This document shows positions 49,736-61,196 of a stretch of 64,000 nucleotides of DNA, piece by piece. Both the position numbers and the translations under genes were made by a program. Within the stretch, counting starts at the first letter, position 1. Every line of letters begins with the position of its first letter. Origin of the DNA: an uncultured Gemmatimonadales bacterium (lineage in GTDB: Bacteria > Gemmatimonadota > Gemmatimonadetes > Gemmatimonadales > GWC2-71-9); NCBI GenBank assembly GCA_963842945.1, contig CAWJIM010000023.1:288001-352000 (forward strand). The letters run 5' to 3'. Under the pieces are notes generated by a model. The model had not been told where the DNA came from and searched no databases. It saw only the letters and a list, made by a program, of their open reading frames with translations.

Positions 49736-50477
49736 ATGAGCCTCCTGATGCTGCGAAGCGCGGTGGCACTATGTCTAGGAGCCGCCTGCCTGGGCGCCTG
49801 CCATACCGACCGCGACGTCGCGGTTAGAGTCTCGATTCCCGACGCAGAGTCAGAGGAGACGCCGGCTGCGGGAGTGGGCATCATCGCCCTGCCCTACGAT
49901 CGAGACAGCATTCTCGCCAGCCTGGAGGCCAGAGCGCGAACCCCCCGACCACAAACCGCGACCCTCGACACGCTCTTCGCCCGGTTTCGTGGACCGTTTA
50001 CTCGCTATACCGATGCCTCCTACCGAGCTTCGCAGCTTCGGGATTCGCTCGATCAGCTGCGCCGCGGGCCTCGACAGCGGCTCGAGCTCCGCTCAGCTTA
50101 AGCGGCTGGCCGACTCCATTCGATTGCTCGAGCGGCAAGTCGATCGCGCCCGGAGCGAGCTCGACCGCGCGCGGGCCGAGTTCGTCAGCCGGAGCGAGGG
50201 CCCGCGCGCCGCGGTTCGACGCTGGGAAGATAGCACTTACCGAGGATACGACAGCATCGTCGAAAATTTGGCCCGAGCCCGGGGCCGGGAGCCCGTCACC
50301 GACACGACCGGCGCGACCGGATGGGCCCACCTCACACTGCCGGCCGGCCGCTGGTGGATTTATGCCCGGGCGTGGGACACCAGCGACCCCAACGCCGAGT
50401 GGTACTGGAACCTCCCGGTTCAGGAGGATACCGTCCTGTTGTCCAGCCGGACCGGCCGGCGTCGACCGCGATATTAG
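49736..50477 (+). CDS. Hypothetical lipoprotein (frameshift near 50065)
   Basis: Lipobox LGAC; LPYDRDS; C-terminal GRWWIYARAW...EWYWNLPV. Confidence 0.65.
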
Positions 50478-50480
50478 GAG

Positions 50481-51131
50481 ATGGTAATGGCGGTGTTCTC
50501 AACGACCTGCGCTTTAGCCCTGGCTCTCGCCGCCGCGGCACCCATCTGTGCCCAGACCGCCCCGGCGCTGAATGCTCGGAGCAAGGGATCGACCAAGGCA
50601 CCGGTCACGGTGTACGAGATGTCCGACTTCCAGTGCCCCTACTGTCGCCAGTTCGTGGAGGAGACTTTCCCCGGGCTTGAGCACGACTATATCGCCACCG
50701 GGAAGGTGCGCTGGATCTTCATCAACTATCCCCTCACCAGCATCCACCAGCATGCTGCGGCCGCGGCCCAGCTGGGGATGTGCGCTGCGCAGCAGCAGGG
50801 GTTTTGGCGGGTTCACGATCTGCTCTTCAAGTATCAGGAGACCTGGGCACCGCTCAAGGAGCCGGCCCCCTTCTTCGTATCGCTGGCCGATTCGGCCAAA
50901 CTGTCGAAGCCGGCCCTGCTCAACTGCCTCGAGTCTCCCGAGACGGTGAACAGCGTTCGGGCCGATGCCGAAGGCGCGGCACGGTCCGGCGCCACCAGCA
51001 CCCCGACGTTCTATATCGAGGGTGGTCTGCTGGAAGGTGCGCTGCCGATCGAGGTGTTTCGGCAGGTACTGGATTCGGTGTATGGTGTTAAGTCGGGAAA
51101 GACGGGAAAGGCGGGAAAGACTGGAAGGTAA
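50481..51131 (+). CDS. DsbA family thioredoxin-fold protein
   Basis: APVTVYEMSDFQCPYC and STPTFYI motifs. Confidence 0.9.
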   Translation: MVMAVFSTTCALALALAAAAPICAQTAPALNARSKGSTKAPVTVYEMSDFQCPYCRQFVEETFPGLEHDYIATGKVRWIFINYPLTSIHQHAAAAAQLGMCAAQQQGFWRVHDLLFKYQETWAPLKEPAPFFVSLADSAKLSKPALLNCLESPETVNSVRADAEGAARSGATSTPTFYIEGGLLEGALPIEVFRQVLDSVYGVKSGKTGKAGKTGR

Positions 51132-51225
51132 GCAGACAGGGAGATAAGGCGGTTAGGCGCGAACCCTTTCTGCTTTCCTCCTTATCCTCATACGTTCCCG
51201 ACCTTCCCGACCGTCTTCCCGTCTC
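51092..51225. repeat. Inverted nonamer arrays (G-CGGGAA-type) between convergent genes
   Basis: GTCGGGAAA-GACGGGAAA-GGCGGGAAA-GACTGGAAG versus TTCCCGACC-TTCCCGACC...TTCCCGTCT. Confidence 0.7.
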
Positions 51226-51238
51226 TTAATCCCCGCCC

Positions 51239-51973
51239 CTACAATGCCAGAAAAACATCATACAACGCATGCGTCCATGCGGTGATCCCGAACCCGCGCA
51301 GCAGGTAGAGCGCACTGAAGAGGAGACCGGCGATAGCGCGGAAGGTGAACGAGCCCAAGGCGAACCGCTCGCCGTAGGCGCCCACATAGTGGAAGGCCGC
51401 GAAGATGAGGGCGCCCAGGATTACCGCGAAGAGGCTTGCGCTCTGCCGCGACCAGCCGAAGCCTTTCCTCGCAATCAGCATGAGCCCTGAGACGAGCAGT
51501 ACGCGGAACACAAGCTCTTCGTAGATGCCGGCTCCGAGCGACACCATCACCTGAGCGGGAAGGCCGAGGGGCGCCGGGGCGATGGCCAGACGGGGAAGGA
51601 GCAGACCGGTAAGCGTCCCCGCGACAAGGCCAAACACCAGCCCGTAGGCGACCGATTCCGCCGCCATGAATCCAAAGTATCGGAGCCGAATTCCACCCGA
51701 GCCGCGAATATCTCTCCAGACCAGCGCGGCTCCTCCACCCACCAGGAGCAACCCAAACACGGCCAATCCGTATCGGCCACCGAAGCCAACGAACAGTTGC
51801 TTCAGCAGCACGTCCGCGCCGTTTCGAACCCGCACCATTTCGAGCCGGGAAAGCAGAAACGCTAACGCTTCGTACGTGACCAGGAGCGGGAAGGCAAAGC
51901 TCAAGCTGTAGCGTGGCGACCGTGAGACGCGCCAGTAGTTGGCGGGAAGGGCGAGGCGGGTTGAGGCGGTCAT
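51239..51973 (-). CDS. CPBP (Abi/CAAX) family intramembrane metalloprotease
   Basis: YEELVFR, FAAFHY and WTHALYD motifs; multiple TM helices. Confidence 0.9.
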   Translation of the reverse strand: MTASTRLALPANYWRVSRSPRYSLSFAFPLLVTYEALAFLLSRLEMVRVRNGADVLLKQLFVGFGGRYGLAVFGLLLVGGGAALVWRDIRGSGGIRLRYFGFMAAESVAYGLVFGLVAGTLTGLLLPRLAIAPAPLGLPAQVMVSLGAGIYEELVFRVLLVSGLMLIARKGFGWSRQSASLFAVILGALIFAAFHYVGAYGERFALGSFTFRAIAGLLFSALYLLRGFGITAWTHALYDVFLAL

Positions 51974-51974
51974 G

Positions 51975-52001
51975 AAAAAAAGGGGCCGCTTGAGCGGCCC
52001 C
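51975..52001 (-). terminator. Intrinsic terminator
   Basis: Minus strand GGGGCCGC-TCAA-GCGGCCCC followed by T7. Confidence 0.85.
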
Positions 52002-52120
52002 CCCAGGTTCGAAGTGTCGCCTGGGTCTTAGCTTGCAGCGTTAACTAGCGGCCGCAGGCGACCCTTGACTCTGTAGACAATGGATCACCTCCTCGGTTGC
52101 AGGTGGAACATGGTATTGCG
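51975..52120 (-). ncRNA. Candidate small RNA / micro-ORF transcript with an extended Shine-Dalgarno
   Basis: Bounded by promoter and terminator; contains AGGAGGTGATCCA directly before an 11-codon TTG ORF (52080-52045). Confidence 0.55.
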
Positions 52121-52126
52121 GTAATA

Positions 52127-52156
52127 ATTGTAGCAACATCCGCCGGCGCGTTGCAA
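52127..52156 (-). promoter_or_regulatory. sigma70 promoter TTGCAA-N18-TACAAT with extended -10
   Basis: -10 at 52127-52132 preceded by TGc; -35 at 52151-52156. Confidence 0.65.
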
Positions 52157-52195
52157 GCCTCTTCCGTTTGGAATGGACGCCCGCAACATTGCGCC

Positions 52196-53518
52196 ATGCC
52201 GTCCACCTCGGGGGCCTATCGGGCTGTCATTCGGATCGGCACAGCGGTGGCTCCCGCACTGGGCCTTCTTCGTCCCCGAATCCGGGCCGGGCTGCGGGCC
52301 CGACTGAATGCCGGTGAACGGCTCCTGGACTGGTCCCGATCGCACCGGGACCTGAACCGAGCCCTCGTCTGGTTCCACGCGGCCTCGGTGGGAGAGGGCC
52401 GCCAGGCCGAGAGCGTGCTGCTCGCGCTGCGTCGACGCTGCCCCGAGTGCCAGATCGTGTATACCCATTTCAGTCCGTCTGCGGAGCAGCTGGCGGAGGG
52501 AATGGCCTCCGATGCTTCGGACTACCTCCCGTACGATCTCCCCGAGAACGTGGATCGGCTGCTGCGGGCACTCCAGCCCGACCTGCTGGTCTTTGCCAAG
52601 CTCGACGTCTGGCCCGAGCTGTCCACCCGAGCGGCCGGCAGCGGGGTCGACGTAGCTCTCATCGCGGCCACGGTAAGCCGTGGGAGCAGCCGTCTTGGCT
52701 GGCTCGCTCGGCGGCTGCTGGAAGCCGGTTACCGCGCCATCACTGCCGCCGCCGCGGTCGCGCCCGACGACGCGTCCCGGCTCGAGCTGTTGGGCGTTGC
52801 TCCGGAGCGGATCCAGATCCTGGGCGATCCACGCTTCGACAGCGTGGTCGCGCGAGTCAAGGCAGTCGCCTCCGACGACCCACTGCTCCGGCTGGGGGGC
52901 GGAGCGCCCACCCTGGTGGCCGGGTCGACCTGGCCCAAAGATGAGGCCGTTCTGCTCCGTGCCTTTGCCGGGGTGGTTCGAGAACGGCCCGATGCGAGAC
53001 TGATCCTGGTTCCCCACGAGCCCACCACCGCGCACCTGGCCCGGATCGAGCGGAGCACGCAGTCTCTCAAACTTCCGTCGCCGGTGCGGCTCAGTAACGC
53101 AACCGGAAGCGATTCCATCGTGCTGGGAGATCGAGTCGGGGTACTCGCGGCCCTGTATGGTGCGGGCACTATGGCGTACGTCGGGGGAGGCTTTGGGCGA
53201 GCCGGTCTCCACTCCGTGCTCGAGCCCGCTGCCTGGGGACTGCCGGTGCTGTTTGGTCCCCGCTGGCGGAACAGTCGTGACGCGGAGCTACTACTTCAGG
53301 CCGGCGCAGCCCGGTCTCTGACGCACGGCCGGGTGGGGCCGGCGGCTCAGGGGCTTCAGCGGCAGTGGCAGAGCTGGATCAGCGATGAAGGCGCTCGGGA
53401 GACCCAAGGCGCAATGGCGCGGGAGGTGGTGAATTCAGGAGTGGGTGCTTCGGAGCAAACCGCCGACCTGCTCGCCCAGCTTATTTCACGACGACGCCCT
53501 CGAAAGTTACGCTCCTAG
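52196..53518 (+). CDS. waaA: 3-deoxy-D-manno-octulosonic acid (Kdo) transferase
   Basis: WFHAASVGE, YLPYD, GDPRFD, VAGSTW, AYVGGGF and HSVLEPAA..PVLFGP motifs. Confidence 0.92.
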   Translation: MPSTSGAYRAVIRIGTAVAPALGLLRPRIRAGLRARLNAGERLLDWSRSHRDLNRALVWFHAASVGEGRQAESVLLALRRRCPECQIVYTHFSPSAEQLAEGMASDASDYLPYDLPENVDRLLRALQPDLLVFAKLDVWPELSTRAAGSGVDVALIAATVSRGSSRLGWLARRLLEAGYRAITAAAAVAPDDASRLELLGVAPERIQILGDPRFDSVVARVKAVASDDPLLRLGGGAPTLVAGSTWPKDEAVLLRAFAGVVRERPDARLILVPHEPTTAHLARIERSTQSLKLPSPVRLSNATGSDSIVLGDRVGVLAALYGAGTMAYVGGGFGRAGLHSVLEPAAWGLPVLFGPRWRNSRDAELLLQAGAARSLTHGRVGPAAQGLQRQWQSWISDEGARETQGAMAREVVNSGVGASEQTADLLAQLISRRRPRKLRS

Positions 53519-53864
53519 GTACCAACAGACCTGCAGTCAAAATTGTGACCAGCACGTCGGGAAAGCGGCTGTGCACTGTGATCCGGAGATTTCCGACGGC
53601 GCTGCCTCCGGCCAGTTGGGCCGCAAGCGCTTTCCTTAACGAGGGTTCTTTAATCTTGGCCACACCCCATAAGGCAAACACGGCGTGAGACCTCACCTTG
53701 AAGTTTGCTCCTTGTAACGGTTGGTCGGCTGATGCAGCCATCGTAATCGGCACACCGAGCCTGGCAGCGTCGAACGTCTGGGAGCAGGCGGTCAGCGTGC
53801 CGACCAGGAGCAGGGCGGTAAGGATGAGGATCGAGAATGCCGGCCGGGCCCTCCGAACGATCAC
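53481..53864 (-). CDS. Small lipoprotein, Bor-like
   Basis: Lipobox LTAC; FALWG and D.LV..LTAGL..PRSVTFEG. Confidence 0.6.
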   Translation of the reverse strand: MIVRRARPAFSILILTALLLVGTLTACSQTFDAARLGVPITMAASADQPLQGANFKVRSHAVFALWGVAKIKEPSLRKALAAQLAGGSAVGNLRITVHSRFPDVLVTILTAGLLVPRSVTFEGVVVK

Positions 53865-54539
53865 AGACCGGGAATCCGAAAGGCGTAGTGTGCACCCACG
53901 CCGAACACGCTGGGGTCGCCTCCATCGAGGAAGAGGCGGTCGTAGGCCGCGTGCAGCCCGAAGCCATTCAGCAGATTGAACTCGACTCCGCCGCCCAGGC
54001 CGAAATTGGTTTCCGTTTCGGACACGCCGCCTCCGGATACCTTCACCACATCTACCCGGGGAGCGATCCAGGGACGGATGGCCAACGCCGGGTTGGGAAT
54101 GGTAAGCGCGAACCCCAGACCTACGGGGAACCGCAGCTCCGTTTCATCGTCGGGAAGAATGGTGAGGTCGGGCTTGGAGTAGCCTATTCCGCCCTGAAGC
54201 GTCACCGAGAGCGGGACGAGCGGGCCGCCGATCACCCGGTAATTCAGCGTAGCGCCAAGCGAGACGTCGTTCTCACCGTTTCCTTCGGGATCGAAGGTGG
54301 AGACCATTGCGGTGGCGCCGAAAGCTCCGAATCCGGCCCGGCCGGTCAGCGCCATAGCCGGTGCCTTTGCCCGCCTCCTCATCCGGGAAGCCCACATCGC
54401 CATAGAGCGCGATGCCCGAGGCAACGCCGCTGTTGTACACGGGGATGCCGCGAACCTGGGCCACTGCTACTGGGCTGCCAGCGGTGAGGCACAGCGTCAG
54501 GCTCGCGATCGCGAGAGCCGCCTGGGCGCATTGTCTCAT
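53861..54539 (-). CDS. Outer membrane beta-barrel protein (frameshift near 54350)
   Basis: Signal peptide; beta-strand pattern NFGLGGGVEF..GFGLHAAYD..FGVGAHYAF. Confidence 0.7.
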
Positions 54540-54618
54540 CGTCGTCTCCAGAGTTAGCGGAACTCCGCCGGATGGGGCGGCGCGCCAGAAGCTAGTCCGG
54601 GCTCTGCCCCAATGCAAA

Positions 54619-54646
54619 CGCCCGCCCGCGATATCGCGGACGGGCG
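54619..54646 (-). terminator. Hairpin, possible weak terminator
   Basis: CGCCCGCCCGCGA / TCGCGGACGGGCG stem with short T tail on the minus strand. Confidence 0.4.
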
Positions 54647-54662
54647 GAGGCTCACAGCGGAG

Positions 54663-55293
54663 TTATTTGATGTACGTTGCTGCTATGCCGAGACCTTCGA
54701 TGTCACCCACACCACCACTGACCCGCACTCCGAAGTTCTGGCTGAACCGCATGTCCACACCCAGACCCAGCGCGAAATCCACATTGCTGTCGCCGCCGCC
54801 GAAGGTCGGGACGAGTACCGGATGGGCGTAGGGAGTAAAGGTGGTTTTCGAATTTTCCAAATCGAAGCGCCGGCCAAGCGAGAAGCCGACCGGAATGTAA
54901 TAGGCATCATCGCCATCACCCACGTTGGCGCCGAGGCCCACGGTGAGAGCCCCATCCAGGGGGAAGCTTTCACTGTACTGGACAATGCGGGTGCGGAAAT
55001 CTCCGCCGAGGAGGACCCGGGTACCGCCCCCGATTTCTGTCCCGCTAAAGGTCTCATCGGACAACTCAGACCAGCCACCACGAATGCTGAAGTCGTAGGG
55101 TCCCTTCCCGTAGGAATAGAACCCTTCCATTGCGTAGGACACTCCTTCGCCCGGATCAGAAAACGCAGCGCCGAACTCATGATTGGTGAACGCCCGGTAC
55201 GGCGCCTTGAACATCGGCGTTCCGGTCTCCTGCGCCGCCGAATCGGTCACCCACAACGCGACCGCCGCTGCCACCAGGATCCCGCCGCAGAGC

Positions 55294-55304
<11 letters not shown>
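54663..55304 (-). CDS. Putative outer membrane beta-barrel protein
   Basis: Signal peptide SAA-Q, amphipathic strands, terminal ATYIK; start overlaps the atpC end. Confidence 0.7.
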
Positions 55305-57029
<1,725 letters not shown>

Positions 57030-57072
57030 TCAGTGTGATTGTCGTCCTGCTTTTCTCGCCTCGCTGCCCCGC

Positions 57073-58014
57073 CTATCCTTGCAACGCCGCCGCGCCGCCG
57101 ACGATCTCCGAGATCTCCTGAGTGATCTGCGCCTGCCGTTGGCGGTTGTAGGTGCGCTTCAGAAGCTCGAGGATCTCGCCCGCGTTGTCGGTGGCGTTCT
57201 TCATGGCGGTGCGGCGGGCGCCGTGTTCGGCCGCCGCCGTCTCGACCAACCCGCGATACACCATGTTCTTCACATATAGCGGAAGCAGCTCCTGCAGAAT
57301 CGCCTCGGCACTCGGCGCCAGGATGTAATTCGCCACCATCTTGCTCTGCCCCTCTGCCTCGCCGCCCCGCTGCCCCGCGGATATCCCCCCTTCCCCACCT
57401 CCCCGCTTCCCTAGCACTTGTTCTACCGGAAGGATTCGCACCGTCGTGGGAGGCGTCTGCAGCGCGCTGATGAACCGGGCCTGAACCAGCTCGACGCTTC
57501 CCAGTTCCCCCGCGGCGTATGCCTCGATGAGCGGGGCCACGATCTCCGCCGCATGCTCTGCGGTGGGGCGGTCGCCGATATCCATCCGTTCCAGGGAGAG
57601 CTTCCGCCCCAGATACTTGAAGAACCCGATCCCCTTCTTGCCGATCCCGTAGAGGTCGACCGTGTACCCCTGCTCTTCCAGCGCCTCGATCCGGCGGCGT
57701 GCTTCCTTGATGAGATTGGAATTGAAACCGCCGGCCAGCCCGCGGTTCGAGGTGAGCAGAATGAGGGCGGCCCGCTGCGGACCTCCCTTGGACGGAGGGG
57801 CGGGCTGCCGCAGCAAGGGAAACTGGTCGGCTAGATCAGGAGTGAAGAGATCGGCGATGACCTCGCGCAGAGCCTCGGCGTAGGGACGCGCAGCCACCAC
57901 CCGGTCCTGAGCCCGCTTCAACCTCGAGGTGGCGACCAGCTCCATCGTCCTGGTGATCTTGCGGGTGTTCTGGACGGAGCGAATCCGCCCCTTGAGCTGC
58001 CGGCTCTTAGCCAT
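57073..58014 (-). CDS. atpG: ATP synthase F1 gamma
   Basis: [18 protein letters not shown] and [16 protein letters not shown] motifs. Confidence 0.97.
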   Translation of the reverse strand: MAKSRQLKGRIRSVQNTRKITRTMELVATSRLKRAQDRVVAARPYAEALREVIADLFTPDLADQFPLLRQPAPPSKGGPQRAALILLTSNRGLAGGFNSNLIKEARRRIEALEEQGYTVDLYGIGKKGIGFFKYLGRKLSLERMDIGDRPTAEHAAEIVAPLIEAYAAGELGSVELVQARFISALQTPPTTVRILPVEQVLGKRGGGEGGISAGQRGGEAEGQSKMVANYILAPSAEAILQELLPLYVKNMVYRGLVETAAAEHGARRTAMKNATDNAGEILELLKRTYNRQRQAQITQEISEIVGGAAALQG

Positions 58015-59590
58015 GCTCGGGCGCGAACATCGGCTTGAACGCGGTTATCGCCGACTTGAGCCGGTTGGTCAAGTCGTCATCCAGTGCCTTCTTGGTCCGG
58101 ATGTCGTTTAGGACCGCTGGATGGTTCGCCTCGAGGTAATCCAGGAAGTCCTGTTCCCACTGCCGGATGTGCGCCACGTCTACGTCGTCCAGGTAGCCGT
58201 TGGTCACGGCGAAGATGATCACGACCTGCTTTTCGACCGGCACCGGACGATACTGGGGCTGCTTCAGCACCTCGACCAGACGGGCCCCGCGCTGGAGCTG
58301 ACGCTGCGTTGCAGCGTCGAGATCCGATCCGAACTGCGCAAACGCCTCCAGCTCGCGATACTGGGCCAGGCTGAGCCGAAGCGGTCCGGCCACCTGCTTC
58401 ATCGCCTTGATCTGCGCGTTTCCACCGACCCGGCTCACGCTGATGCCGGCATCCACCGCCGGCCGCACGTTGGAGTAGAACAGGTCGGTGGTCAGGAAGA
58501 TCTGACCATCGGTGATGGAGATGACGTTGGTGGGGATGTACGCCGAGACGTCGCCCGCCTGGGTCTCGATGATGGGAAGCGCGGTGAGCGAGCCCCCCGG
58601 CTTCTTGATTCGGGGGTCGAACCGGATCGTCTCCGCGTTCTCGTTGATCTTGGCGGCCCGCTCCAGCAGCCGGCTGTGGAGGTAGAACACGTCGCCGGGA
58701 TAAGCCTCGCGGCCCGGGGGGCGGCGGAGAATCAGGGAGAGCTGCCGGTACGCCGCCGCCTGCTTGGATAGGTCGTCGTACACGCAGAGCGTCGCTTTCC
58801 CTTCCTCATACATGAAGTACTCGGCGAGGGCGCAGCCCGCGTAAGGCGCGATGTACTGTAGCGGCGCGGGGTCGGACGCAGAGGCGACCACCACAATGCT
58901 GAATTCCATGGCGCCGGCATTCCGGAGCTTTTCCACCACGTTGGCCACGGTCGAACGCTTCTGCCCGATGGCGACGTACACGCACACCACACCGGTGCCC
59001 TTCTGGTTGATGATCGTGTCCACCGCGATGGCCGTCTTTCCGGTGCCCCGATCGCCGATGATCAGCTCGCGCTGGCCTCGGCCGATCGGGATCATGGCGT
59101 CGATGGCCTTGATGCCGGTCTGCAGCGGCTCCTTCACCGGCTGCCGTACGATGATGCCCGGCGCGACCATCTCGACCTGACGGCGGCCGGTGGTCTGGAT
59201 CGGTCCCCGGCCGTCAACCGGCTCACCGAGAGCGTTCACCACCCGGCCCAGCATGGCCGGGCCCACTGGCACGTCGAGCAGGCGTCCGGTCCGGCGAACC
59301 TCATCGCCTTCTTTCAGCTTGAGGTAGTCGCCCATGATGGCAGCGCCGACGTTGTCTTCTTCGAGGTTCAGCACCAGGCCGGCCACGGTCTCCCCGGTTT
59401 CCTGGGCAGTGAACTCCAGCATCTCGCTGGCGATGGCGCTCTTGAGGCCATAAATGCGGGCGACGCCGTCGCGAACTTCGAGCACGGTGCCGACTTCGCT
59501 GACATCTTCGGTGGTGAGGTCCGCAGAGGCGATCTCGCGCAGCAGGATCTCCTTGAGCTCGCCGGGACGCAGAATGGATTCAGTGGCCAT
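58007..59590 (-). CDS. atpA: ATP synthase F1 alpha
   Basis: [31 protein letters not shown] and FAQFGSDLD motifs. Confidence 0.99.
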   Translation of the reverse strand: MATESILRPGELKEILLREIASADLTTEDVSEVGTVLEVRDGVARIYGLKSAIASEMLEFTAQETGETVAGLVLNLEEDNVGAAIMGDYLKLKEGDEVRRTGRLLDVPVGPAMLGRVVNALGEPVDGRGPIQTTGRRQVEMVAPGIIVRQPVKEPLQTGIKAIDAMIPIGRGQRELIIGDRGTGKTAIAVDTIINQKGTGVVCVYVAIGQKRSTVANVVEKLRNAGAMEFSIVVVASASDPAPLQYIAPYAGCALAEYFMYEEGKATLCVYDDLSKQAAAYRQLSLILRRPPGREAYPGDVFYLHSRLLERAAKINENAETIRFDPRIKKPGGSLTALPIIETQAGDVSAYIPTNVISITDGQIFLTTDLFYSNVRPAVDAGISVSRVGGNAQIKAMKQVAGPLRLSLAQYRELEAFAQFGSDLDAATQRQLQRGARLVEVLKQPQYRPVPVEKQVVIIFAVTNGYLDDVDVAHIRQWEQDFLDYLEANHPAVLNDIRTKKALDDDLTNRLKSAITAFKPMFAPEHG

Positions 59591-59629
59591 GGGTCTCGAA
59601 CAGGGCTAAAGGTAGGCTTCTAAGATAGC

Positions 59630-59647
59630 TTGTGAAAATAGTCACAA
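59630..59647. promoter_or_regulatory. Rex- or CRP-type operator TTGTGAAAATAGTCACAA
   Basis: Perfect TTGTGA-N6-TCACAA palindrome about 40 nt upstream of the atpA start. Confidence 0.7.
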
Positions 59648-59684
59648 TGGTAGGCGCGCGGTAGACGGAAGACAGATGGGCAGA

Positions 59685-59760
59685 GCGGGGCAGCGGGGCA
59701 GCGGGGCAGCGGGGCAGAAGCTGAGTCCTTCGTCAGCTCACTGCTGCCTTGCTGCCCCGC
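59685..59760. repeat. (GCGGGGCA)4 with a degenerate inverted partner
   Basis: 59685-59716 and CTGCTGCCTTGCTGCCCCGC at 59741-59760. Confidence 0.8.
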
Positions 59761-60535
59761 TTACCCTCAGGCCCTGCTTCTTGTATTCCCTCGGGCAAAC
59801 GCCGACAAGCACACCTCGCGGTCCCAATTTGCCAAGCTCCGGAATTGATGCGTTCGCTATCCGGCGCGCGGTGCTGGCGAGGTGATCGGCGGACGCGAAG
59901 TTCAGCACCCGCACCACCATGGGGACCGTGTAGCCGGGGTTGCCGAGCAGCTGGGCCGCGCAGGCAATCCGGTTCAGATCGATCACCCGCTTCAGATTCG
60001 GCGCGCCCCCTGCCCCAAACTGCCGAGACAGGTGTTCGCGGCTGACCCGGAGCCGGCTGGCGAGCGCGCTGGTGCGAATGGGGCGCTCCACCTCTCCCAG
60101 CAGGAGGTCCCAGGCCGCCCGCTGGATCTTCTCAGTCAGCCGGAGCACCCGGGGTCCGTCGGCCAGCGCGCGTCGGCGCTCTGCGGTCATGGAAGCGCGC
60201 ACCACCAGCTCACCGACAATGGGATCGTCCACCCCCTCCACTGCGACGGCGGCAACCGCATTGCGGCAGGCCAAGAGCAACTCGCCGTCGTCGGGGCGAA
60301 AGGGTGCGTAGGCGACCAGAGGGACCAGAGGAAGTCGAGCTCGCCACTGAGAGAGCTCGGGCAGGAGGACGGGTTGAGGCGCCAGGACCACAGCGTCGAT
60401 CAACCGCTTTTCCATCAGAAGCTGAAGGGCCTTGGCGCTCCGGCAGGTCACCACCCGGGGCCCGCCTTTGGGAAGACTTCTTCGCAGCGATGTCAGCGCG
60501 GCCCGGCTTTCCAGCAACGCGGCAATCGCGGGCAT
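59738..60535 (-). CDS. AraC-type HTH transcriptional regulator
   Basis: LASRLRVSREHLSRQF and VVRVLNFASADHL HTH pair; tail likely frameshifted (alternative stop 59767). Confidence 0.75.
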   Translation of the reverse strand: MPAIAALLESRAALTSLRRSLPKGGPRVVTCRSAKALQLLMEKRLIDAVVLAPQPVLLPELSQWRARLPLVPLVAYAPFRPDDGELLLACRNAVAAVAVEGVDDPIVGELVVRASMTAERRRALADGPRVLRLTEKIQRAAWDLLLGEVERPIRTSALASRLRVSREHLSRQFGAGGAPNLKRVIDLNRIACAAQLLGNPGYTVPMVVRVLNFASADHLASTARRIANASIPELGKLGPRGVLVGVCPREYKKQGLRVSGAARQQ

Positions 60536-60536
60536 G

Positions 60537-61196
60537 CTAGTCGGCGGTACGGCGGTACGGCGGTAAGGCGGTAGTTCCGGGGGAAAGCGCCTCCTGATTC
60601 ACACCTTCCGTCGTTCCGTCATTGTCCTTCCGCGTCCCGTCGTTCCGTCGTCCCGTCGTCCCGTCGTTCCGTCCTTCCGTCGTCCCGTCGTCCCGTCCCT
60701 CCGCCCCCTGATCGACTGACCGCCTGACCGCCTGACCGCCTGCCCCGGCCCCCACCGCTACCAGAGTCCGCACCATCTCCCCGGCCCGCTTGAGCACGCC
60801 CCGCGCGTTATCGTAGCTCAGGATCTCCAGCGCCTCAGGCAGCGGCCTCCACTGGCAGGCGGTGATCCCCTCATCGACCTGGGGACACACCTCGCCTTCC
60901 GGACTCTCGAACAGAAAAAAGTGACAGTACTTGTGGATGTGGCGGCCGCGGAAGCGGAAGTGCCAGTCGATCACCCTGATCGGTCCCTGCAGCACGAGTT
61001 GCTGGAGCCCGGTTTCCTCGGCGGTTTCCCGCAGAGCAGCCTCCGCGGGCGACTCGTCTCCTTCGAGGTGTCCCTTGGGGAAACCCCAGTTGTTGTAGGA
61101 ATCGCGAATCAGCAGGTATCGCGGTACCTCCCCCGGAACCCGGCGGAACACGATGCCTCCGGCGCTCACCTCCAGCTCGGCGCGACGTTTACTCAT
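60537..61196 (-). CDS. NUDIX hydrolase with repeat-derived C-terminal tail
   Basis: SAGGIV and WGFPKGHLEGDESPAEAALRETAEETGL (Nudix box). Confidence 0.9.
   Translation of the reverse strand: MSKRRAELEVSAGGIVFRRVPGEVPRYLLIRDSYNNWGFPKGHLEGDESPAEAALRETAEETGLQQLVLQGPIRVIDWHFRFRGRHIHKYCHFFLFESPEGEVCPQVDEGITACQWRPLPEALEILSYDNARGVLKRAGEMVRTLVAVGAGAGGQAVRRSVDQGAEGRDDGTTEGRNDGTTGRRNDGTRKDNDGTTEGVNQEALSPGTTALPPYRRTAD
60543..60742. repeat. Octamer tandem arrays (GGCGGTAC, CGTYCCGT, CCGCCTGA types)
   Basis: Direct reading; arrays of opposite orientation within the NUDIX 3' end. Confidence 0.8.

Noticed and set aside
52081..52093. 16S rRNA gene fragment
   Set aside because: Only 13 nt match the 16S 3' end and the flanks do not resemble rRNA; the promoter and terminator point to the opposite strand.
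51975..52120. 6S RNA or tmRNA
   Set aside because: No long end-to-end rod with a central bubble, no tRNA-like ends and too short for tmRNA; the NAAS* reading is only a superficial tag resemblance.
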